A stretch of DNA of 63,731 nucleotides, filler included, from Streblomastix strix (Eukaryota): assembly GCA_008636045.1 (NCBI GenBank). It is 3 parts of 3 records of this genome, joined end to end, with 100 filler letters (N's around TTAATTAATTAA, not from the genome) between each part and the next. Parts side by side here need not be neighbours in the genome. Positions count along the whole stretch, not along the records: positions 1 to 21,180 come from SNRW01000391.1; positions 21,281 to 42,457 come from SNRW01000392.1; 1 more part is not named here. One strand, given 5' to 3'. This document shows positions 13,150 through 25,324 of this stretch, piece after piece; within the stretch, counting starts at the first letter, position 1; the number at the start of each line of letters is the position of its first letter. A program made the position numbers and the translations under genes. The notes beneath the pieces are model-generated. The model worked only from the letters and a program-made list of their open reading frames with translations. It had not been told where the DNA came from and did not search any database.

Positions 13150-14060
13150 TGGCTTAAATAATTTGGCTGTTATGTTTCCATTAGAATATTTAATAAAGTT
13201 AGCTAATTTATTGAAATATCTTCTTTATTTAACGAATTGTTGACCTATTTTAGAGTAATTTAGATGAATCATTAATATATATTTCCTTGTGAGAATTAGA
13301 AAAAGTTTTTATTTTATTATTGAAATTTAATTTCAAATAGCTTATTTTTTTGCTTTCTTAGATATTATCCTTCAATATCTTAGTTATCATTAGCTTTTTA
13401 TTGTGAGTACTTATTATTGCAAGCAGAATGAGGAGTCTAGTTATACATCTAAACAATATAATACATTAAATCATTATCAGCAAATTTCAATGAATCATCT
13501 CAAAATCCATTATGAATTGTTCTAATAAGTAAGTCTACAACTCTATTATGATTAATTAACTTAGAATCTGTAAAGAATGAAGTAATTTTATTATCCTAAC
13601 GGAATGATTTCAAAATATTTCCATTAAATCCCATCTCACCATCACATTAAATATTGGTAACATGTTGATTCTTAACTAGTATTTACAATGTAATCATAAT
13701 TTAGCCTGTTGATTTATCTCTTAATGGGAAAACAATGAGATATTAAGAGTTGATATTGATACAGAATAGATATATTTAATTAGCTCTGATAATATGATCA
13801 TTCATTGAGAAAATTTAATCAATTTCCCATGAACCATGTTTTGGAGAGAAATATGGACGATTCAACTTAGATAATGGCTGAATTTGGTAATTAGGAGGAA
13901 TCTTTTGGATTTTCTCAGGTGATTTTCTATGAAGCTTCTTAAAATGCTCTATCTTATATTTGAAGGAATAATTTAGATATTTATTGCCAGTTAATAAACG
14001 AATATTTATTGTTTACAATCTATGTTTATTACTAAATCTTGATGCACTTGATTCATCATG
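13150..14060 (-). pseudogene. Retroviral-type (rve) integrase 1 with a D-D(35)-D triad
   Basis: KLNRPYFSPKHGSWEID (D at 13818-20)...YLFCININSQYLIVFPL...NIQCDGE (D at 13641-43)...NHNRVVDLLIRTIHNGF* (D at 13533-35; in-frame TGA at 13500-02)...MYNQTPHS. Confidence 0.85.
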
Positions 14061-14399
14061 ACTACTATACGATGACTGTTTTCCAGAGCCTTAACTTTTT
14101 CACGATGTTTTGGACCTAATTCTCCACGATTCTAGTCAAAATGGTCATTCTAGACAATTAACCCTATTTTTCAACGATTCTAGCACATTTTATCATAATT
14201 TATATAATTTAACTGAATCACAATAACCAGAACGCAAATCCCAACGATTATTTGAAAATGGAAAGTTGTGGAAAATCAGTGCTTAATATCAACGATTCTA
14301 ACACATTTTTACCATTATTTACATGCATTGATGCTAATAAATTACTAAGAAACAAATGGTGAAACATACAAAAATAAATCAATCATAACGTTGAAAATG

Positions 14400-15277
14400 T
14401 GATTATTAATTAGCTTATCGAAAATTATCTCCAAATAAATGATACATAATTTCATCTGGTGATTTTTAAGGTATTAAATTTATTTTATTAATTATTCTAC
14501 AAATTTATCATGATCCGACATCTTTAGTTTACTATTTTGAATAGTTTAATTGTATATCATTGCATTAACCAAAGTATAGATATTTCGAATATAATTTCCA
14601 AGCAAACTTGAATCTATTAATTTAATAACATTATTTATCTATTGTTACTCAGCAGTTGATACATTCATTTAATAATCTTCACGAATTTACTTACATTTCT
14701 CATGATCAATACCTGATTCAATTTCATTATATTCACATAGTGAGTCACATGTAGCCTCCAACATCTAGCCCAGCTCACTTTCGAATAATCCTTTAGTAAG
14801 ATCATCTGTTTGCACACCTGATGACTGTTAATTATTTTTATTATCCTACTATTAATAACGATTAATCAAGAATTTATTTATAGATGATTTAATAGTATTT
14901 TTATCACTTTATTCACTTAATTATTCACTTGTTTTTTCACTTACTTTTTCCTCCAATTAATTTGTATCACCAACATCCTGAATTATCGGATAAATTTATC
15001 TTGGAAATGATGTCTAATTTGCTGGATCTATTAATGTATCATTTTAATTTATATTTTATGTATATTTTTGTCTATTCTTAGGTATGGTGTCTAAATATAA
15101 TCTATCATGTCTACGCACAATCCGATGAGTTGGGAAACTGGTATATTTGTTAATAATGAACGATTTAATTTAATCAAGTTCTGGGTTCTCTAGCATAAAC
15201 ATCCTAACTTCTTCAAGTGTTGTTATTTTTGATAAATTCTATAATATTTCTAGTTAGTCTTGGTTTAATCGTGGCAT
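14400..15277 (-). CDS. Orphan ORF divergent from pPolB (MPRLNQDQLEILQNLSKITTLEEVRMFMLENPELD...)
   Basis: About 290 codons largely free of TGA; ATG at 15277, 84 nt from the pPolB ATG. The 3' end is approximate. Confidence 0.5.
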
Positions 15278-15361
15278 ATTTCGATGCAGTAAAAATATTA
15301 GATTCGATCATCTTAAACAACTTTTTACCATCATTAATACAACTTTTTATCAGATATCAAA

Positions 15362-18300
15362 ATGGCTAGAAACTATTTTCTAATTTCCGAAATTCGTGAT
15401 ATGCTCAATCAACTTGAAGTTCAATATGATCATAAATCAACCAAATCAGTACTTGAGTAACTATTATTAAAAACAATTAAAGAATAAGGTTACACTGGAC
15501 CAAAAAGTAGCATTACTAAGATAAGTGAGTTTGTTCACAATATTATTGCAACGAAAAATATATAGAATAATGAAGTGATTAATCATACAACTAACGATGA
15601 GATTAATGAATAAAATAGCAACATAGTTCAGACGTAGCCTTCAACCTATGATATAGCAGCCGAAGGTAATAAATAAGATGATGAATAAGAGTTAATATAA
15701 TTATAATAAGAAAGAATAAAAGCTAAATAAGAATTGAAATTAGCCGCAGAAAAATTGGATGGAATTAATAAGTAAATTGAACTTAGATAGTAAGTGACGA
15801 GGTTATAAAAGTTGACTAATCAATTAGCTATTGATAGTGAATAACTTAATGAAATTGAAGCTTTCGATACAGTCAAGAAGTCAATTAGAAATCGGCAACA
15901 AATCAATGATGCAAAGAGGTAACTATAAGAATTAAAGGATAAATAAGTGTAATAAATTAATGAAATAAAATAATAAAAAATCAATGATTTGAGCCCGATT
16001 AGTTAGAAACAATTAATCAATACAAGAGCAATGCTTGCACAAAATTTAGACTAGATATAGCTGTATCATGCGGCTAAGAAGATTTAACGATAATACTAAC
16101 AATATAAATAACGAAAAATAATAACTCACTTCGTTAAGGATCTCAGTAATACATTCAAGCAAGTTAAACAAGTTAGAGACGAAAGATTATCAGACTTAAA
16201 TAAAAATAAACTAACTGAAGAAGAGTATACAATTAGATAAGCGAAACTAACTGAATCATTACTTGGGTTTTATAAAAATAAATAATTATAAGAGCCTGAT
16301 CTCAAATTCACTAACGAATATAACGACTAGGTTGATGACTTGCTCAAGGCATTTATGTTCTTCACAACTGATGATTTGAAGAAATTTAATGAGATCCTAG
16401 TTGAAACAAGAAAGTGATATCGTGAATTGAACGAGGTTCATCTTGCTGGATTATCAGATAGAACTGCATAGATTAACAATGTTTAAATAGGGAACCTTAT
16501 CATACATATTACCTTAATAAATTTACTCATCTTAAATAATTCGACGATAAACTAGCATAAGTACATGAATTACATAAACATAGAATATATAAGATAGCTA
16601 TGGATTTCGGAAGTATCTGGTAAACAACTTAATCAACTCATTCCAAGACAGGAATCAGAAATGACTTTAGCTACCATTATTATAAATCTTCACTTGAAAA
16701 TTCACATAAAAATTACCCAATAATTATACGAAATAATGTTTCACTTAAACTATTCAAGGATAGAATCCACGATATGATTTACGAAGACTAGTCCCCTCTT
16801 CACTAGGAATCAAACACTCGAAAAGTAGCACTTTATTCATTTGTTATTATTGTTTATGAATTACCCCTTGGAACTAAATTAAGACATGAAGTTTAATGGT
16901 TCAATCAACACGATTACACTAGATCCATTGATTGTGATTACAATATCTGTTGGTTTATAGCTGCATCATTTTAATTACATCCTGAAATAAATAACTATAA
17001 ATCTCGTATCGCAAATGCTATTGAATTGTTCCTATAATTTCACGATCAAGTTCATAAGGCTGAAGGAAAATTAAGCAAATAATAAAAATAATTGCCAAAA
17101 GATTATGAAGGATTCAATTAAGATACAGATCTAGAGAAATTCCAGTAATGCTTTAAGCTAAACGTAATGACTTATGAATATGATAACTCTGAAAAATAAT
17201 TCAATAAAACTAACGAATATATTGTTAACTAAGATTATAAAACTACTCATATTTTATTAGCTTCTTTATCCATACAAGGTGATGAGAATCCGTAAGTTCT
17301 CGCTATGTTCATCAAAGACATTGATCGAGTAGTTGGTGGATACTTATGCAAGAAATGTAATCAAAAACTATTCAATCGGGCTAGTGATAACTTCAGTAGA
17401 GACTTTAAGACTCATCTAGAATCATGTAAAGGACCTGATCAATAGAAGCATCCAAAACTTGATAAATTAGCACAATCGTTTATGCCTTATCTCAAATCTA
17501 ATAAAACAATTCAAAAGCTATTCGCAACAGGTAAAATAAAGCTCTTCCCCAAGAATTTGGAGTAGGGAGTGAACAATATACTATAACCTACAGAAAATTA
17601 CATGTGCGTTGATGCAGAAACCGTTGAAGATCGAACTTAGGATGATGAAGCCAAAGGCTAAGCAAGCGAATAAATCTACGCATAACTCAAACCACTATCT
17701 ATAGTTATTGGTACATAAATTAACAATAAAATTTAATAAAAATACATTGATTCCAGAACATAAGATTTTATGAATAAATTCATAGAGCAAATGTGGGAGC
17801 TAGCGAATTAGGTTAATGAAGCAAAATTAACGTGTTAACTGATAGTGAAATTTGATAACGAGAATGAATAATAAAAACATTAATAAAAGATTCATCAAGT
17901 AGCAATCTTCGGATTCAACTCCAAGAAGTTCGATTTTAACATCATATTTCCATATCTAGTTTAATATCCTAAAATTATATTTAAAAATAACTAATATCTA
18001 GGATCAACTACTCAACAGAAGTAAGTGACAAATACACACACAGATTATCAGTTTGAATTAGTTTTCAAGGATGTTCTTACATTTATTCCTCTAACAACTC
18101 TCGATAATTTTGTTCATAAGTACGGTAATGGAACCAAACTAACTAAGGGTAAGTTTCCTCATGGATCTTTCAACACTAGCAATGTGAATCAGTTCTTATC
18201 ATCAACAGAACTATTTGATCATAAGGATTTTTATAATTAAACTAGTCGGAAAAATATTAGCGATAAAGAGTATTAGGAATACGTTGATAATTTCGATACC

Positions 18301-20517
18301 GTCGGCGGCATCAAAGATGCTAGTTTGGATGCAAATGGGAACAGAAAATTTGAAGATAGATGGTCCTATCTAAAGTACTACAATATTCGTGATGTAGAGT
18401 GTATGTTTGCCCCTATAAATAATTTAATAGATTTATGTTGGGAATAAGGTATTGATATGTTATCTTAGATATCCTTATCTCAAATAGCTAACTCAATTAA
18501 GTATAATTATGCGTGGGAAGACTTCGACATAAATGGTGATTACAATATAGAAACAGGTAATAAAGAATATAAATTTTATTCAGAAAAATGGAATAAGAAA
18601 GTTGAAGAGTATTTGCAATAAGATAACAAACAGGGAGAGATACTACAAATAACGTAATTGGTGATGATATAGATCATTTCAATCAGATGATCACAAATAA
18701 ATGCTGCTACTGCTAAGCTAAGTTCACTAATGTAAATATGCCAACTCTTGAACGATCTGACAACAACATTGCTCACACTAAAGATAACTGCAAACTAGCT
18801 TGTTAACTATGCAATTCTACAAGATCAAACAAAGATGCTGATGTGGCAAAACTAATGATATAGATGTACAAATATGCTATTGTTAAGAATCTGCCTATGA
18901 CAATTGATGATGAAGAAGTTTATTGGTTTTTACGTAAATCTATCCATGGCGGATTGAGTTAAGTATTCTATCAATATAATATAAAAGAATTAATTCACAT
19001 TAATAAATTAAAATATAATCCTGAAGAAAACAATATGACCACTTACGATTTAGATTACATATTCACTCATATTCTAGATCTTGATTTCAACTTATTATAT
19101 CCAAGTGCTTTCTGTGGAATTTATAATAAAAATAATCCGTATACTAGTGGTAAGATGTATATGGCTGGAGAATAACTGAACACATTAAAATTCGTGAAGC
19201 AAATGATTAGGATTATCGAGATACTAAGCGAAAAGAGATGATGAATATCATTAACTCAAAAGATAGATTCTCAGAGGAAAAGGGATAGCTATTCATAGTA
19301 TCAGTTAAGGGACACATTGATAAGGTTCACATTAACGAACACATTAACTTCCCACCTATCTGGAGGAAAAGAACTTATAAAACTGATGAGAAAACAATTG
19401 GAAAATTCACTTATGAAAAATGTAAAAATAAGGATTATCTGTTAATAAATTAGTAACAAAATTAACATCATTATTATCTATACACAATGAATATATGTCA
19501 TTCTCAAGCTATTACTTATGGCTATTGATTGATTATTGTTATTTCATTATCGATAATGTTGAAGAGATAGTATTATTCATCAAGCATACAGCGTTCAAAT
19601 CTTTCGTGGAAGTAATTGCTGAGAAACGTTAATAAGCAATGCGAGAAGGTTACTAAGCTAAATAACTTTATTTCAAAAATATAGTGAATAGTTCATATGG
19701 AGCTGATGGATAGAATAATGAAAAATTTGATAAGATTGGTATCTACAATAAATAATAATCATATCAAAAATAATTAAATAAAGGTTTCACTAACATACGA
19801 AAGATTTGTGATGACCGTTATCTTGTGTCGATTAATCCTAATTCATTTTCCGCTCATAAGTGCTTATAAGAAAGTATATTCACTTAAGACAATTCTAAGT
19901 TCTGGTATTTATGTTTCATTTACTTCTTCCTGTACAAATGTATTGATATGAATCGTGTTCACTTTTGCTGTATGGATACTGACTCAATGTATCTAGCTAT
20001 TAGTGGTTCAACTATTGAAGGATATAAATAATAATTTAAACATGTAATTAAAGATTAATAGTTTTGGGATGATCATTTCAAAGAGTGGCTTCCATGGGAA
20101 GGCTGTTCGATTGCTGAAGAAAAGAAGTTACTCGGTTGTGCTATCGAATCATAGAGAGAAAGCATCATCTGTTTAGCACCCAAATGCTATTCCGCAATTG
20201 ATGGCGAGGTTGATGATGTAATAAGAATGAAGGGAGTTAATGAAAAAAATAGTGGTTTGACAAGAGATGATTATATTAATTGTATTGAAAATAATTTAAA
20301 TGTATCAGTTCCAGTTACTTAAATTTAACTGAAAAATGGAGTTATGTCAATGATAAAAATAATTAAGTCTGCATTGACGGGAGTAGTTGATAAGATGATA
20401 GTGATTGATAGCGATATTTCAAAAGATTAATCATATCCATGTGCACCTCAAACTTATGGAGTTGAAGCTGCTAGTTATCAGTACTCACAAAGTGAGCGGT
20501 CTAAAGACTACATTTGA
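15362..20517 (+). pseudogene. Protein-primed family B DNA polymerase (Polinton-type) with several frameshifts
   Basis: ExoI CVDAET (17611), ExoII GFNSKKFD (17911), KGKFPH, ExoIII YYNIRDV (~18376), RKSIHGG, motif A LDFNLLYPS (19083), motif B FKNIVNSSYG (19675), motif C MDTDSMY (19975), LAPKCY, MKGV. Frameshifts at ~16.5 kb, ~18631, ~19168 and ~19430, a TGA near 16415, and terminal TGA at 20515-17. Confidence 0.93.
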
Positions 20518-20519
20518 TC

Positions 20520-21180
20520 ATTTATTATTTTTCAAATTTTTATATCAAACTCTTATAAATAAACTTAAGGTAATGAATCTATATTCTCACTAACTTTCTT
20601 GTAGTAGTATATTGGTAATTCTACAATAGATAATTTTTAGTGTTATGATATGAATTATCGTAAGAGTCTACATACTACATTACTGTTTCTATATTCTATG
20701 AACTCTGCTAACTCATTGAACTATCTTCTACGCTTCATATATGAGAAAGCAGTCTTTGATAAATCAAGATGAATCATCAAAATATTACCTTGTTTAAAAT
20801 TAAATAATCCTTCTGCTTTTTATTTTTATTTTTATTTTATATCATTTAACTCTTATTCTTTCATTCTGATGAATGCACCTTCAATATCAGAATTATACTA
20901 TATTTCTTCGGGAGAGAATTTATTATCATATACCAAATGTGGAGTCTTATTATAGATATAGACTAAATGTAATAATTTTTCAGGATCAGCAAAATCATTA
21001 CTGCTTGTGCCAAACCCATTACGAATCGTCTTAACTACTGAATCAACTATTCTATTGTGTTATGTGAACGGTGATCCTGTGAAAAAACACTAAATTCCTT
21101 ACTCTTCTAAGAATTATTGTACATCCTTACCTTTGAAGGATCTTTCACCATCTCCTCTTTTATTAGTTACGCGCTATTAA
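20520..21180 (-). pseudogene. Retroviral-type (rve) integrase 2, 5' part lost in the gap
   Basis: VTNKRGDGERSF (D at 21150-52)...FFTGSPFTQHNRIVDSVVKTIRNGFG (D at 21042-44)...DFADP; clearly homologous to integrase 1. Confidence 0.85.
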
Positions 21181-21280
21181 NNNNNNNNNNNNNNNNNNNN
21201 NNNNNNNNNNNNNNNNNNNNNNNNTTAATTAATTAANNNNNNNNNNNNNNNNNNNNNNNNNNNNNNNNNNNNNNNNNNNN
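21181..21280. other. Assembly gap with artificial TTAATTAATTAA linker
   Basis: Exactly 100 nt of N with a central linker, identical to the second gap. Confidence 0.97.
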
Positions 21281-21585
21281 CCGTATGCTAAAAATCATTG
21301 ATAAACAAATCAATTTGCTACAACTATTCAATTAGCGTGGGCAGATTGACCTGAAAATGAATGATTTTTAACATACGGCAAACTTCTTCATACTATACTA
21401 CTAATATAGTGAAATATTTCATTAAATATGAATGATTTATTTTAATTTAAATTTAAACATGTGTTAAAATAATAAATTAACTAATTATATATTGAAATGA
21501 ATTAATAAACAATGTAAATTGCAATAAATTAATATTCATTATAAAAAATTTATCTTCTTATTTCTGATTCAACAATTTTTCATTT

Positions 21586-24500
21586 TCATTTCTTTGAATT
21601 TAATCCTTCTTTCTTTCTCCAAGCAATTAAATCTTCCATTTCTGATTTATTAATATTCTTTATTTCATATCCTTTATTTGTTGAATATTTATTTATTATT
21701 CTTTTTTCTGATATATTGATATTCTCTTTTTAATCATATTCATCGTTATTAACTAAATGGGTATGTTTAATATTTTATTATTTATTATTTAAGTATAATG
21801 TATTATTACTATGAATTGATTATTAAGGAACTAATTAATTGGGGAAAATTTAAGATTTACTGATTGGATTCTTTTCATTAGAAGAATAAGAATAAGAATT
21901 TCTTAATGAAGATGATTATGATTACATTTAAGGTGATTGCGATGTGTGATGTATGTGTTTAGATGTTGATGTGTTTGTATTCTAATATTAATTAGATAAA
22001 CTACTTCTAATTGGTTTATTCAATTAATCTTTCATCATCAAATATAATTATATTTCACTGTCTTCATTCATATCTTTTTATTCATATTCTGTTTCATTAT
22101 TATTCTAAATTTATTTGTTTTAATTTCTGTTTAAACTCAAACTTCTGCTTCTGTTGTGATTATTATTAATATTTTGTCTTTATTCATTCAATTAATTATT
22201 TCTTATTTATTAATGTTAATTTGTCTGATTATTTTGTAATTATTAGTATTATTATTATATTATTTATTAGTTTGATATAATCATTTCGTTTGGTTGTATT
22301 ATATGAATTCTTTTATTATGATTTAATCTAATTGGTTATTATTAAGGAATTATATCTTATTCAATATCATCTTCTTTATTATTAATTGTATTGCATTCCA
22401 TAATATCAAATTGAACTTCATACTTATTCTTATTTTATTTATTATCAATAATAATATCTTCATTATCTTATTCTTATTAATTTTATTCTTATTAAAATTC
22501 CTGGATTTAATCTTTTTCTTAAATTAATTACTTAACTTCAATCTATTTCAAAATAATATTAATTTTATTTTCTTCTTCATCAATAATATTTAACACTTAA
22601 TTCCAAACTTCATCTTCATTTTCATTCATATATTCATTATTATTATTATATTCTTCTTCTTATTCATAATCATTCAAATGTTTTCCTCCAAATCTCTTAT
22701 TTCTTTGCTTATTCAGATCTTTCTCTCTATTTTTCATTAATATTCTCATTTTTTTTTCATTTTACTTATTATTGTTATTTCCCATTTCATTCATAACTTC
22801 ATTCACATCTGATTCCATCATTTCAATCATCTCATTCTCAAATTCTTCTAATTCTTTCTCTTTTTAATTCTTTTGCTTCTTTTTATTTATTTTATTCTTT
22901 ATTTCTGTTTATTTATTTATTTATTATTTGTTTATATTTCTTTATTATTGTGCTTATTACATTCTTATTCTGAGTTCAATGAATGTTGAAGAGCGGAATT
23001 TGAGTGAAGATTGTTGGACTGAATAATTAAATTATATATATGAAGAAATTATATATATATTAATATATTATAATTTAAATTTATATTAATAATAACATTT
23101 AATTATCAATAATTATTTATATTATTGATACATACGTTTCTTCTTATATTCATTAATCTTCTCTTTCATAACTAATCTCATTTTCATTTGTGCTGTTTAT
23201 AAAGAAGATCGAAATTCAGATTAACATTAAGAACGGATGAGAAGCTTTATTATTTAAAAATGAATAAAAAGAATGAATAAAAAGTTAATAAAATTTGTTT
23301 TGATTTAAAATTCAATATATTTTCAATTATATTTAATATTTATATTTATTATTTATTCAAACCATTTCTTTATCTTTCTATTCTAATTCGTTCTTCAAAT
23401 TATTCTACAATTCTTTTTCACTCATTTTCTTTGATTCTGAATAGTATCTATTAACTGATGATAAAACATCCTAATTAAATATAGTATAAATTAATAGCAA
23501 TAATAATTATATAATAAATTATTCAAATAGTATTATATATTATTATTCATTATATTCATATTATAATATACTTCAATATGCATCTGAGCGCTTTCACTGT
23601 GTCTCATCTTCATTTGAAGTAATAATCCTTCATATTCCTTTATTTTCTATTTATATTCTGATAAATAAGTAAACACATTGAATAATATATAAAAGCAAAT
23701 ATAATTCGTATTATTCATAAACTTATTTAATATATTTAATTTATTTTAATTTACTTATCAAACATTTCAATCCAATCTCAATTTCTTCTTTTTTCTTTAT
23801 TTCTTCTTCTTTTATTCTTAATTCACACATTTATTTCATTTATTTCATGGTTTATTCTCTTTAATTCATTGATTCTTCATATCCTTACTTTAATTTATTC
23901 ATTCTAATTGTGAATGAAGAATGCAACTGCGAATAAAAATATAATATTAATAAAGATAAAATACTAATTATAAAGATACAATATTGATAATAAAGAATTT
24001 ATATTAATAACTTATTTATATTTATATTTATTAATATTAAATACTTATATTTATATATATTCTAATATTTACTATTTATTATTTATATAATAAAAAACCT
24101 CTTTCTTCATCCTTTCATTCTCTTCTTCAATTTCATTTCTATTCTTTTATCTCCAATCTCTTTCACATTTACGTATTGCTTCTGATAATGATTATTAATG
24201 ATCGATATTCTATTAGGATAATAAATATATAAGAAGATATGAAGATAATAAAATATAATAAAGAATATTATTAATATATTGAAAATAGTTCAAATTCATA
24301 CAATTGCATCAATCTTTGCTTATAATTCACATTTTTCAGCTCTTAGATTCTCATTCTCAAATCGAAGTGAGATGCATTCTTTCATATCTTCAATTTCATT
24401 ATATTCATTTTTAGTTTTATTTCTCCTTTAGTTTGATTTATTATTAGTCATTTAATCATCTTCTTCTTTATTTATTTCTTATTCAGTGTTTTTCATTTAT

Positions 24501-25324
24501 TTAATTTATTTATCTTATTCAATAATTTTCTCGATTAATCTTTATTTCTCTTTTTCTTATTCATTCTCTTTTTCTTTCATTTTTATTCATTCATTTTCTT
24601 TCTCAATTAAACTGGCTCTTAATTTATCTCGTTCTTCTTCAAGTCGATTCTCAGTGAAATTAAGTTTGTTTTGAAGTTGTTGAATATGTTTAAGTAATTA
24701 TTATTTCTCTAGTTCTAATTTTTATTAAATTTCTTTAATTAATATTTCTTATTGTTATTATTCTTTTTTAAAATTCGATTAAGTAGTTTTGTTATCATTG
24801 GATAATTATTGTAAATGAATCATCATATCGTTGATTTATTTCTATAATAAATTGCATATTTATTCTTTTTCATCTAGTTTTTCTTTCATATTCAACTATT
24901 CTTTATTATTATATTTCAATTATTCTTCAACTTTTCTTTTATCCGATTTTAATTCTTCATTATTTTCTTCCAATTGGGCATTTCTGAGATTCAATTATTT
25001 TTTAATTCCAATTGATTATTCAGATTCGGAAAGTGTTTATGAAAGATCAGTAAGTGTGATTTCCTTTTTGATATCAGTTTTAATTTAGATTCTTGATTAA
25101 TCATCAATATTCACCTTTAAACCAGGTCCATCTTATTAGAATTCAGTATTCATATCCTTGTGAGTATCTGATGTTTTCCCAAATGATATGCTCATTCCTC
25201 CTAGATCGATTGATTATTCGGTTTCATGTTCATCGGCAAATGAGAAGTCTGCGAATAAATCTGCATTGATTTGACTTTTTTCTATGCTGCTCTCCTCGAA
25301 CTGCGAATCTTGGAGAAAGTTCAT
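21586..25324 (-). CDS. Multi-exon coiled-coil protein of unknown function
   Basis: ATG at 25324 (MNFLQDSQFEESSIEKSQINADLFADFSF...), long E/K/Q-rich heptad-like exons and several AT-rich GT-AG introns between ~23.0 and 24.3 kb. The 3' end is approximate. Confidence 0.7.

Larger units (their letters stand above)
7590..21180. mobile_element. Decayed endogenous Polinton/Maverick-like (Polinton-like virus) element, running into the assembly gap
   Basis: Intron-less, tightly packed ORFs including a fibre-like gene, A32-like ATPase, two rve integrases and a protein-primed PolB. No capsid gene or TIR was recognised, and the left boundary is inferred. Confidence 0.85.

Noticed and set aside
18625..19440. 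Programmed frameshifting in pPolB
   Set aside because: Multiple single-base losses plus TGA stops and degraded motifs across the element fit pseudogenisation or sequencing error better.
21225..21236. TTAATTAATTAA palindrome inside the N runs (also in the second gap)
   Set aside because: Identical placement in both 100-nt gaps indicates an artificial scaffolding linker. Gene adjacency across the gaps should not be over-interpreted.
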